This document shows, piece by piece, positions 51,413 to 64,000 of a DNA stretch of 64,000 nucleotides; position 1 is the first letter of the stretch, and every line of letters begins with the position of its first letter. Both the position numbers and the translations under genes were made by a program. The notes below the pieces were generated by a model. It made no database searches, had not been told where the DNA came from, and worked only from the letters and a program-made list of their open reading frames with translations. The stretch is from Octopus sinensis (taxonomy: Eukaryota). Where the stretch lies: the NCBI RefSeq assembly GCF_006345805.1, contig NC_042997.1, positions 89,094,001-89,158,000 of the forward strand, given 5' to 3'.

Positions 51413-52689
51413 CCTTCTTTTCGCGTAGTTTTAAAAGAAATTGCTATGATACCAGTCTTTAGACGGATTAATTCGAAAGTTTTCATTTCAGTAAAGCTTT
51501 ATAATCTGATATAAATGTTTGCACATTAATAGGTTTTATTGCTCCCGATTATTCATATTATTTCTAAGACTATTACCATCATCAGTATCGTCATCATTTC
51601 TGTAGCCATTACAATTTCCTTGATGTGTCCCAGATTTAAAGAAGAAAACTGAGACTTTTCCTCTGAAACATTTCTGAGACCCCCGTTATTGTCATCATTT
51701 TAACATCCATTTTCTCCGTGACTGCATGGGTTTGACGGAATTTCAGGTAGAATTTTCTACGGCCGGATACTCTTCCTGTCGTCAACCACCACTGTTTCCG
51801 AAAAAACTAATAATATTTGGCCAGACATGTTCTTGTGGAATACTGGAAATGAATGGCACCGCTTGAATGGCTGTGACAATCATTTTACAACTATTATACG
51901 ATGTCAATAGACGGAGAAACAAACATCCCATACACACACACATACATATATGTGTGTGTGTAAACACACACACACATATTATGCCCCGGATGCTGTAGGG
52001 ATCTTGCCTCCCTTGTCACTCATAAGATAAGTGCTTCATCGTGGCTAAGAGTTGTTTTGACTTTTATTTCTAGCAAGGCTAGTGCTAACTAATACCCTTA
52101 GTCATTTTAGTGACGTTTATAGTAGTTCTGCCTTTCGGTTGTAAATTGCGAATAAGCCACCTTTATTATATATATGTGTGTGTGTATATATATATACATA
52201 TATATATATACACGAGCAAAACAATAGACGGTGCTGAGTTGTCAAACATTTAAACCAAATTTTCTCAAAACAACTTGTTCGACAGTCCCATAGACCTCCC
52301 CTTTGAGAAACACTGATTTAACCTAAATTTGAGACACCAGCAAAAGAAGAAATGAAGATAGACTTTTTCTCTATTCCAAAGAAAAACGATTTTATTCACA
52401 CAAATATGCAACCGAAGAGTTCAAAGTACCTGTAATGATAAGGCTGTTGACTGAGAGAACACAAACATGGTTTAAACAGTAAGCTTGGCAGGAAAGAAAC
52501 GTGCCTTGAAGCAGTACAAAAACAGCAAAAAATGGAAGGTGCAGTTATGTACAGGTTGACGGAAGAAAAGCAGGACAAAAACGATGCATGCAAATGGTTT
52601 AGCTGGAGGTAAATCTAGATGGATGGATTATATATATTTATATATATATTTGTGCATACAAAAGCACGTTCCCACGGCTTTATCAATCG

Positions 52690-52977
<288 letters not shown>

Positions 52978-53401
52978 GGGAGAAGCTGGACGATACGAGA
53001 ATGTTTATTGATCACTACGATTGTTTCGACCTATCTAGATCGACCCCTTACGGACAGGAGTATCCGTCGGAGTAGATGTGTCTCCATATATAGAGACATA
53101 TATAGAGACATATACTTGACAGGCTTCTTCCAGTTTATGTCGGCCAAATCCACTCACAAAAGTTTGGTCGGGCCCGGATTATAGTAGAAAACACTTGCCC
53201 AAGGTGACACGCAGTGGGACGCGAGACCATGTGGCTGAGAAGTAAACTTCTCACCACAAAACTATCCTGTCATAAGACAGGTGACTTGGGATGTATACTC
53301 TTGTCACTATGGATAATATCTGCACATCTAGCATATATACAATAATTATAAATGTTATTTTCATTTTTGTGTAATTTAGACAACAGTTTATTCACCGCAC
53401 C

Positions 53402-53404
<3 letters not shown>

Positions 53405-53492
<88 letters not shown>

Positions 53493-53672
53493 ATGTATGT
53501 ATATATGTATATATGTGTGTGTGTGTGTGCAATACATACATATGTACATATATGCATACATACGTACATACTTACATACATACGTACATACATACATACA
53601 TACATACATACATACATACATACATACATACATACATACATACATACATACATACATACATACATACATACA
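53405..53672. repeat. (TA)n/(TG)n/(TACA)n compound microsatellite
   Basis: Direct. Similar tracts at ~2135-2375, 36200-36600, 43740-44040, 51170-51410, 55745-55852, 56575-57230 and 57785-58320. Confidence 0.97.
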
Positions 53673-54173
53673 TTTATTTTGTCAATCCTCTCTGAACGTT
53701 GTTGATAGGTTCTGGTTCTAAAAAAAGTGTGACTTTAAGTGAAATGACGTAAAGCAAAATCGATTTTCTAATAGACCCACTCAATGATAGAAAACAAAAG
53801 TTATGTTCCTACGGTATGTGGCTACTTACAAAAACATCCTCAAGCTTCTTAAACGAGATATTAAAACACTCTTAATATTTAACATGAAAATATAGAGGTG
53901 TTATACATACATTTAGAAGAGTTTAATGAAAACCAATAAGATAATTTTATACCTCAATAAGCATGGTCAGTGATTGTTGGATTATCTCTTCTCGTTTGTA
54001 TAATTTCGTTTAGTACTCCTAACCATACATTATTAACCTGTTAGTTTCTGAACTCCTATCTCTTTGAGAATCTTTCTTCGGAGAAAATTTTCATAGCATT
54101 ATCTAAAAAAACTAAGATGTCTCATACAAATTTTTAATCGATAAGATTGAATTAGTTCCACAAATTTACTCAC

Positions 54174-54254
54174 ATCATCTTCATCCTCTTCAGTAGAAAT
54201 GTCTAACGAAGATCTCCAAAATGTTTTCTTTGGATATTTATTCAATTTTTCCAT
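54174..54254 (-). other. Possible first coding exon MEKLNKYPKKTFWRSSLDISTEEDEDD
   Basis: ATG plus 27 codons ending at GAT|gtgagt (consensus donor); no homolog recognised. Confidence 0.2.
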
Positions 54255-56602
54255 GCAAGTGATGATAATATTTCCATTTTTTTCATGTTTAATTTAAATA
54301 TATGTTGTGATTGAATTATTTGATATTACCCACCCCCACCAAATTAATGGCAAGGATTTTTACCATGCTGTTGGTTGCACCATGGCCCACCAAAAGTTAC
54401 AAACAACAAAACCCCAAAACCATCAGTTACCAGGCTCACCTTAAGTAACCTAATTTTGCAATATTAGGAGGTCAAAGGAATTCATTCAACGAAAAAAAAA
54501 TTCCACTGATTCCGGGATTGGGAGGGGAACCCCCCACCTTACTTTTTCTGAACAAAAATAAGGGATTTGCAGCATATTATGAGATCAGGATATTTGATTC
54601 CATGCAAAAAATCATTTTTTTTTCTCTTAGTGAAAATCGTGCGGGTGTTAATATAGAAATTGACCATAATGCTGTTGTTATCTAGCCTCAAATCAACCCT
54701 GATACTACAAACCTATCATCAAAGACATTCCAGCCTTCAGCCAACCGTCTTTTTAGGGATGATCTAAGACATTACATACAATGGGCGTGTGATTAAGGTA
54801 GGGGATACTTTGGCTACTAGTTTTAGCATGTCGAGCGACCAGGTAGAGGCTCTTTCATTGGTTCGATTGCGTGATGAGATTTTTTTACACATATATGTAA
54901 TATGTATATATACCATCAGTAGAAGTTAGAGAGTAAGTCAAAAGCTGAGAGTTTCGTGTATTGGCACTTATCAAACACGAATTTGTCCATTGTCACTCTG
55001 TAACTTCTGACGAAATAGCTTCTAAAATACAAACTTTTGTCAAAAACGTTAAGAGTAAACTCTGTTCTATGTGACACATTCTACCAGTATCTGGAGTTTG
55101 AAAGTGTTTAGTTAAAAAAAATTAATTAAATAATATGTACGTCTAATTGAATAGACCCGAAATGGATGGAAGACTAAGTCGACCTTAGCAGAATTTGAAC
55201 TCAGAACGTAAAGACAGACGAAATACCGTTTCTAAAATACAAAATTTGTCAAAAATGTTAAGAGTAAACTTTGTTCTATGTGACATATACCAGTATCGGA
55301 AGTCTGAAGGTGTTTAGTTTAAAAAATTAATTAAATAATCTGTATGTCAATATCGACCTCGGCGAAATTTGAACTTAAAACCTAAAGACAGACGAAATAC
55401 AGCCAAGCATTTCGCCCAACGTCACTCTCTAAATATCCACTAACAAGCAGCAAACAAGTGCAAGATGGCCAGAAACTATTTAACCGCTGGTTTTCTGTTA
55501 AAGAGCCTTCCTGTAGACGTTAAGACGTTTCCAGTATAAGGATACCCACAAATATACAGGGGTTTGATTTTAAAGTTTTACCTTCTCATGGTGATTTTAT
55601 TGTGCGCCCACGCACAAACCTAGATATTTGTATGCTTCCGCACAAAATACATTTGAGTATACGTATTGAAGATTTATTATGCGAGTTTTCCATCTCCTAA
55701 AAATACCTTGTGTACCTATGGCTCAGGAAGGATTTTTGATACTTTTAATGCATGCTTACAATTATACATACATACATACATACATACATACATACATACA
55801 TACATACATACATACATACATACATAAATACATACATACATACATACATACATAGAGACAGATAGACAAACGAATGAATAGATTGATAAATTAATGAAAG
55901 GTTAGAAGACGGGTAGATATGATTTCAATGAAACAAAAGAACTAACAAAACACAGTTTACACTCTAAAATATATATTAAAAAACAACTAACGGTCATTTA
56001 GAATAAAAGTAAATGAATAAATAAATAAGTAAATAGATAAATAAAACTGGTATGTGCCCTCAATTAGGGACATGTGACCTAATGTATGACGTTGTAGTCA
56101 TTTTAATAATAGAGGCGGTCAGTTTTCAGGAAATGAAAACAATTCGAGTGACAGTCCGCCATAATGTAACATAATAAATTAGCTAGCAATGTTATCTCCA
56201 TAAAGAGGTGGAGAAATTGGTGAAGATTGCTTACACCTGTGTCAACACAAAATAGCCAGACATACGCCATTGGTAAAAATAAAATTAAAAAATGTAAACT
56301 TGACTTTTCTTCTAATTACTTCCATACAAAGTACTGTTTATATCTGTCAGAAAGAATATATTTTTCTTAGCTTCTGTATCCAATAATTTTGGCTAAGTAC
56401 GGTGATTTGTCCTGCGAGTAATGAGTAATGGCGTTGTTTCTTTGCAGTCAGCATGTGACTTAAGTCCTCCTGTGTGCAACATATTCCGTCTACAAGTTAT
56501 GTATACTTTCTTATGGTATTCAGAATAAATACGTTTGTAATTTTTATTTATTTTTCGTACGCTTATGTACGTATGCATGAGTATGTATGTATGTATGTAT
56601 AT

Positions 56603-56657
<55 letters not shown>

Positions 56658-56770
56658 ATATCATACATACATATATATATACGTATGCATGAGTATGTAT
56701 GTATATACATATACACACACATATATATACACATACATATATATATATATACACACACACACATATATAC

Positions 56771-56840
<70 letters not shown>

Positions 56841-57051
56841 TACATATATACATATATATTTGGCAGCCAAGATACATACTCTCACATTAAATCAGTAAAA
56901 AATAGACATACAAACACGATATATGCACATGTGTGTGGTGTATCTATGTATGTATATTAATACATATACTCGTAACATATATATATATATTATATATATA
57001 TATATATATATTCATATACACATATATATACAAACATATATATATAGATGT

Positions 57052-57102
<51 letters not shown>

Positions 57103-57126
57103 TATACATATATCTGTATATGTATG

Positions 57127-57159
<33 letters not shown>

Positions 57160-57783
57160 ATATATATATATATTATATATATATATTTACATGTATGTAG
57201 ATAGATATAGATATTAATTAATATATATGTCATACATACATGCATCCTTCCGTACATACGTGCATACATATAGAAGTATATGCACACATCCACACACATA
57301 CCTATATACAAACATGCACACTTAATTCCAATCATAATTAAACACAAACATACTTCCATACAAACATACAATAGCGTACGAGCCGAGATATCCAGTAAGT
57401 CTAGCGTTAAAAGCGCAATGACGGGAAGGTATGTTCAACAAATGTCTGCGAATGTATTTATTCGTGTTGTTGTCGGTGCATTAATATGGTTTGTGTAGGC
57501 AAAATAAACAGAAGCACTTAATGATGTGTGAGTGTCGGCTGTGAGTAAAACGTAAAAAGATGGAAAGCGGGCGTTGGCTATGAAATGTGTCTATAGAGAC
57601 TTTCGTGACATGTGGTTAAATGTGTAGAGCAGATGTGGTTCTTTCTAGTGTTAAGTGCAATTGACGGTGGTTATATTGCACATACATACAGTCAGACTGA
57701 AGAGGTCGACAGCTTTGTCTTCTTGTGTTGAGATACATCATCTGCCAGCAATGAGGAAGCCAAAACTGTATTCGTGGAACTGC

Positions 57784-57839
<56 letters not shown>

Positions 57840-58005
57840 AACACACGTCTGTGTGTGCGCATATGTGTGTGCGTCTGTGTGTGGTATGTGTGTGGTATGT
57901 GTGTATGTATATATACATACACATACACGTATCTATATATACATACACATAGAGACAGAGTGACAGATACGTGTGTATGTATATATACATATGAACAAAT
58001 AGATC

Positions 58006-58037
<32 letters not shown>

Positions 58038-58257
58038 TATATGTATGTATGTATGTATGTATATGCATGATATTGTGTATATGTATATATATGTATATGT
58101 GTGCGTGCATGCGTGCACGTGTGTGTGTGAGTATGGATATGTATATTTGTGTATAAATTATGAAACATACTGTATATATACGTGTATATACATGTATATA
58201 ATACATGCAACACACACACACACATTTGCATGCCCGTACAGACAGACAGACAGACAG

Positions 58258-58319
<62 letters not shown>

Positions 58320-58320
58320 T

Positions 58321-61300
58321 GTTTCTTTATTAGCCACACAGGGCTGCACACAGATAGAACAAATTACAAGGTAGAGCTTTTCTTTTGAAGGTTTAAAAAA
58401 AAAAAAAAAAAAAAAGGAAGGGGGAGTTTCGATCAAAAGGGATCGTAAAAGGAGAGAAAGAGGACAAAAAAAGGGGGGTTAAAAAAAAAGGGGGGGGAAA
58501 TTGATCAATAGGGATCGTTATCACAGAAATGTCAATATGAAGTGTAAAAGGGAGGACAGGTGAGGTTTACCCGTGGAAAGAAAAGCCTACGGAAAAGACC
58601 ACGGTAACCTCGGTCAATGAAGTCACATTATATTCTTTTTTTTTTTTTTTTTTTTTTTTTTGCAAATAAGCAACTCTCTGTTTTCGATTTCTGGGTTCAT
58701 AGGACTATGCTCAAGGTGGCTTCGTCATTCATACGTGCCATTCTTGCTACATTCACCCATCTTTTTTTAAAACATTCGCTAGACAAAACTTGCCTCTCTA
58801 CTCTCACTTTCCTTTTCAAGTGGTACTTGAAGAAGTTGATGAGAGATTGACCAGAGAGGAAAGTGTTTGTCTCCAATCCTTTCAGACGCGTCCACCAGAT
58901 ACATTCCTTCGCCATAGCCACAAGGATGATGAAAATAGCTCTTCCTTCCCGTTTGAAGGAAGGAGGCGTGACAATATTGACGATAGACTCAGCTGATAAA
59001 CCGACTCGTCCCACACGTGACAGCAGTTGTTCGACACAAGCCCACAGGTCGGAAATTGTTGGACACTGAACGAGTGCGTGCAGAACGGTTTCGTCGCTCT
59101 GACCGCATCTCGGGCAGGTCGGCCCCGTGTTTCTCGAGCCGTGTCTGTAGAGCTTATCCCGAACGGGTAGCGCTTCTCGGTAGCACTGCCAGGCCAGGGA
59201 TCTCTGGAAGTTGTCCATGGGCCCTGGCCCGAAAGTCGTCCCGAACAGGCGGGTCAGGTACTCCTCGTCGACGTCCAGGTTCGCCCCGAGCTCGTCGTCG
59301 TACCTCCCCTCCACTAAACCCCTATAGAATGCTTTGGTTGTGTTGAAGTCACTTAAGGTCGACCCAGGACGGCAGAGTTGCTTGAGAGCAACGCGACACT
59401 CGCGGTGCCATTCGCCCTTCCTCGGCCTCTTTTTGATCCACGACTGCAGTTCGGTCATGGAGACGAGCTGCGGGAAAGCGTGCCTCACAAACGGCGACCA
59501 CACCTGTTCACCGTCGTCTACATAGAGCCAGAGATGTCGCAGTCTCAGCGCGTGTCTGCGCATCATCAACCACGGCATGCCCAGCCCTCCTTTTAACGGG
59601 TGTTGACAGCAAATGGATCGCCTGACCATCGGGACGCATCCTTTCCACAAGAAGCGAAAGAGGATGCGTTGTAGTTTGGTGATGGTAGGGTCGGGACAAG
59701 GTACGACGGTCAGGCGGTAGTAGATGACGGACGCGATGTACGTGTTCGCCACCTCCGCTCGACCTTTTAGGGACAGTTTCCTCTCGGCCCATTGCCGGGC
59801 GAGAGTGACCACCCTACTCGTTATCTCGTTCCAGTTCTTCTCCACTTGGAGGTCCGGACCAAACCAGACCCCGAGCAACTCAACCGGGCCGTCGGTCCAG
59901 CGTCCCACGACGGAGGCGCTGGTGGACGGCATGGGCTTGCTTCTCCAGGTGCCTAGTCGCAAGCCCACTGACTTTTCCCGGTTGATTTTCGCTCCTGTCA
60001 CCGCTTCGTAGTTTTTCAGTGTCTCGCCGACCAGCTCGATGTGCTCGTGGCTAGACACTATGACGGTGACGTCGTCCGCGTATGCAGACACGCTCGTCCC
60101 GCATCCCAATTCTCGCGGGATGCCCCTTAGAGTCGCCAGCTTCCGCAGTAGTGGCTCAAGAGTCAATACGTATAGAAGCGCCGAGAGGGGGCATCCCTGA
60201 CGGACCGAACGTGCAATGTCGAAAGGTCTCGATAGATGTCCATTTACGCGAATTACCGAACGGATGCCTCTGTACAAGGCAGCTATCCAGCCGCGGAAGA
60301 CGGGACCGAACCAGCCGCTCTCAGGACTGCCTCCAAGTATCGATGGTCCACCCTATCAAAGGCTTTCGATTGATCCAAGTTGATCAGGGCCCCACCCATG
60401 CCAGGTTCGTTAACTACCCTGTCTATGATGTAGCGCATCAGATGGAGGTTGTCATGGATGGTCCGGCCTGGCACGGCGCATGTTTGCGCCTTGTCGACCA
60501 GTTTCTCGATGACAAGCGCCAACCTCTTGGCTAGCACCTTGGCCAAAATTTTCAAGTCTGCATTAAGCAGAGTGATGGGCCTAAAGTTATCTATTACATT
60601 TCCCTTGTTTAGATCTTTCTTCAGCAGTGTTACGGCTCCTCGGCTCACAAAACCAGGAATGCTCCCGTTTTGCTGCCAAGAGATCTCCAAACAAGTCTGG
60701 CATACAATTGTAAAGCTCGTAGGGTAGACCATCCAAACCCGGTGATTTGTCCCTCGAGCATTCTGCCATCGCTTCTCGCACTTCCGCCGCCGTGATGGCA
60801 CCTTCGCAGCACCCTGCCTTTCTTGTCGAGAGTCGTGGTAGGCTATGTAGGTAGGCACTGAAGTCCACCCTACGTTCTTGCCCTCCACTCGTTCCGAACA
60901 GTCGGGCAAAATGCTGCTGAAAGGCCTCACACATTTTACTTGGCTCGAGCAATTCGCGCCCCTGTTCATCTACCAGTGACCGAATGGTGGCTTTGTTGCC
61001 CTGTTGCGCCTCTGCCACCCGGGCCTCTCTCGCGGCTCCAACACCTTCGTTCCTTAGAGCACGCATCCTAGCTCTGACAGCACATCCTTCGTGTTTGGCG
61101 TTGAAGTGTTGGTCGAGGGCCAACCTCGCCGCCAAAACGTCGGATGCGATGCCGCTTCTAATTGCCTCTTCTAGCTTCTTAACTAGCTCACCCTCTACTC
61201 TATTTCTATCTATGGCTAGTGCTTTGCTGTACCTAATCGCTTCTGCTTTTACTGCTCTCTTGAGGGCAAACCACCATTTGTTGTTGATGATGGCTCCCGT

Positions 61301-61777
61301 CAAAGCCCTCTTTACTAGTGTGCTAATCCGGTCTCTGAAAACTTGTCTCGATGGGAAAGACGCGTTTAGTTTCCAGTATCCGGGACCCTGCCTAAGTGTC
61401 TTACCTAAGTCTAGCGTACATGTCACAAGTTTGTGATCCGTGTAGCTGACTATGTGGAATTGTGGACATCCTATGCTATCTCTATCTACTGTCCCACAGT
61501 ATCCTATCTAGATACGATCTCGACGACCCGATGCGGTTGCTCCATGTCCACGTTGGCGCATTCGGGTGGTCTAGTCGGAACCTGTCAGACAGTTGAAAGC
61601 GTCTGAGCAGGTCTCTGAGGCATTTGCATCCCCGTCTATTCCTATCTCTACCCACGTAGTCTACATGCGTGTCCAAGGTAGCATTCCAATCCCCCACTAA
61701 GAGTAAAGGACGAGACGTTCCCAAGAAAACTTCTAGACGTTGAAAGAAATCCGCCCGACCTGTTAAGGGTAAATACA
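58321..61777 (-). mobile_element. Tx1/L1-clade LINE, 5'-truncated inside the APE domain
   Basis: APE (LVGDWNA, SYLDR, TDHK), WKLN, RT (KSPGLDGLP, FRPITLLNAD, LDQSKAFDRV, RQGCPLS, AYADD), C-terminal CPRC..ET..H...C. 3' UTR ends AATAAAGAAAC next to (TATC)n. Confidence 0.95.
58697..61777 (-). pseudogene. Tx1-like ORF2 (APE-RT-CCHC) broken by three frameshifts (~61490, ~60675, ~60310)
   Basis: Track ORFs 61482-61835, 60587-61426, 60283-60969 and 58697-60277 join into one ORF2. Confidence 0.93.
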
Positions 61778-62969
61778 GAAAAATATCACAAGTACATAGA
61801 TCATTTGAGTACGTCAACGTTTCAAGATTAGCCAAATAAAATCAGCATTTCTATCGTCAGCTCAAAATTTCTTAATTTGGATTTGGAAACACTAAAAAGA
61901 AGGAACTTTACCTATCAGCGAACTTATCGCTTCAGATGAACCACTCCAACTAACAGTGTCAACAAATTCAAAATGCGCAGGCGTAACATACATACATACA
62001 CGCACACACACATACATGTATGTATATATGTATATATTATGTGTGTATGTATATATACACATATATGTATATATCTTTGTTATGTGTGTTTGTATGCATA
62101 TGTGTATGTGTTTGTGTTACTTTTTATCCCTAATTTAATGTGTGAATATATGTTTCTTTACTGCCGTTAGCCTTTTTTTTAAAAAAAAAATCAATAAATT
62201 ATGCTATAGGGCAGCAGAGGTTTTTTATTATTGTGGGAATGGTTTTTGCAGAACCAACCCCCTCTTTTGTTCTTCTCCTTCAAACTTGTACTGGTCTGGT
62301 GCAACAATTGCCACGAGCCCAATAGTTTATGAGATTGCAGGACTTGTATGGAATTACTCTCTCTTAGATGAGCAGCTAAAGAGCTGAAGGCCTCATATTC
62401 CCTAGGTCCTATGGGGGTGTCAGTGAAATACCATTTTTGACTTTTCCTGGAGGCACTTCCGTGAAAAGTTCATTAATCCATAGCTGGGAACCTGAAAGAT
62501 TCTACTACTCCGAGTGAGAGAAGACTTTTGATGAAGAAATAATTCCGTGCTTCTCAAAACCCTAAAACTCACGAACCAGGGCCCCACTAACGGATGCAAG
62601 TTAAATCCATACCCAGGATAAATATAACAATGTAACTACAAGTTATCTTCTGTTGATTGACGAATTTAAAGGAGGGTGAGGTTATTTAACTTGAAGTGTA
62701 GCCGGATCGAGAAGACCTCAAACTAAACTGGAGTGATGTTGACCTTCTGTATTTTTATATATTTATGACTGTTGTCCTTTGTGTTATTTTTTTTTTTGAG
62801 AGAGAGAGAGAGATTTCTCTACTATTCTTTCATTGAATCATGTCTTGTTTTCTTAGACATTACAAAGTGTAGCACGATTTTTGTCCTTAGGTAGCAGTAG
62901 CAACTGTTATTTCCTATTTACTTACCCCTAGAAATTATGAAAAATGGTTAATATTTCCTCAAACTTTGC

Positions 62970-63150
62970 TTAGGTTACATTTATTCAAACCCCAAAGAAT
63001 CTCTCTCAGCATATGGCTATGATGCTTTCCCACTACTCCTGCTCATGATCAGAGATGCACATATTGTCAACCACTAAGGGACATGCTCAAGTGGATATGG
63101 TCAAGCAACTAAAAGGCAGATCTGTGGCATTGAGCAGAATATTTGCTTTA
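62970..63150 (-). mobile_element. Partial copy of the 20395-21027 repeat
   Basis: Shared caaaccccaaagaat...gatcagagatgcacatattgtca...agggacatgctcaa. Confidence 0.75.
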
Positions 63151-64000
63151 TCAATATTTCTGCTTCAGCAACTCAGCGTTGAATCTGTCTGGAATGTAAA
63201 GAAAATAAGTCAGTTTCAAAACATTGATGTCCAGGTCACAAAAGCAAAGTTTGAAGATTAGTAGTGATTTCCTTTGATTTTTAGATAGAAGCAAATAGGC
63301 AATAATATTTACTGACCAAAAACAAAACAAAAATTGTTACACTGTGCTAGGTCATATGCTCATTGAAAAATGTTTTCAAGATCTCTGTCTAGTTGGCTTA
63401 TGGATAACGCCTGTACGTTCAGTGCGGAGATGTTTGTTTGTTTGTTTTTGTTTTGTTTTCTTTCAAAGTAACTATTCAGTAAAACTAGATATTGCAACTG
63501 TAATTGCCAGCTATGAGTGATCTTCCATTAATTTGAAATTTATCTTATTATAATTGAGAGTTTCGGCGAATCAAGAAAGACATTTAGCGTTAGTCTTACT
63601 CGGCATAGAAAACTAAAAGCACAAATTCTGATTATATTATTCCATTCGTTTATTTTATCAAAAGAAAAAGTAGTTTTAACATTAATTTTAAAATTTCTCA
63701 TTAAAATACTTAAAAATTGGTGCAAGCAAGGTATTTCTCTTAAAATTTTATATATTTGGAAAAAAATTATTTCAAAAAAATATTTACAAATTTTATATTG
63801 TTTTATTGGTAAGTGACTGCTTTATGTGTATTGTATGCTTTATGTATTTTCTATACATGTTATATATATTTTTCATTTATCTTAAACTTCATAAAAGTAT
63901 ATTAGAGCTATTATTCCAGATAACAAATTTGAGTAACATAATAGGAATTAACAAGAACTCTAAAGAACCGTGACTTTATGGACGGTAATTATTTACTACA

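Noticed and set aside
58790-61436. Plus-strand ORFs overlapping the LINE (59017, 59334, 59724, 60082, 60984 and others)
   Set aside because: Antisense shadows of the GC-rich Tx1 ORF2.

Overview
AT-rich, microsatellite-dense eukaryotic DNA, intronic or intergenic. The SINE families and repeat landscape point to an octopus (coleoid cephalopod) genome; this is inferred from recognition, not from a search. No complete host gene is visible, only a few candidate small exons, and nearly all ORF-track entries are microsatellite or antisense artefacts. The window is a mosaic of transposable elements. Retroelements: at least three Penelope-like (GIY-YIG) remnants, a 5'-truncated Tx1/L1-clade LINE, several RTE fragments, a LINE ORF1 remnant and many tRNA-derived SINEs. 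DNA transposons: mariner, Tc1, maT (DD37D), Tigger/pogo, and hAT and Tc1/mariner MITEs. Main signals not explained by a standard annotation: (1) about eight well-formed type-I minimal hammerhead ribozyme motifs plus degenerate ones, including back-to-back pairs inside palindromes, a compensated U3-A8 core variant and a recurring CCGANGA core; (2) a SINE whose 3' tail matches the 3' end of the Tx1 LINE at 34/42 nt and which forms tandem arrays with one invariant junction; (3) a strand-asymmetric pri-miRNA-like hairpin at 2029-2119; (4) an old inverted segmental duplication (about 12.6-15.2 kb versus 22.15-23.9 kb). All structures and alignments were done by eye, and boundaries marked ~ are approximate.
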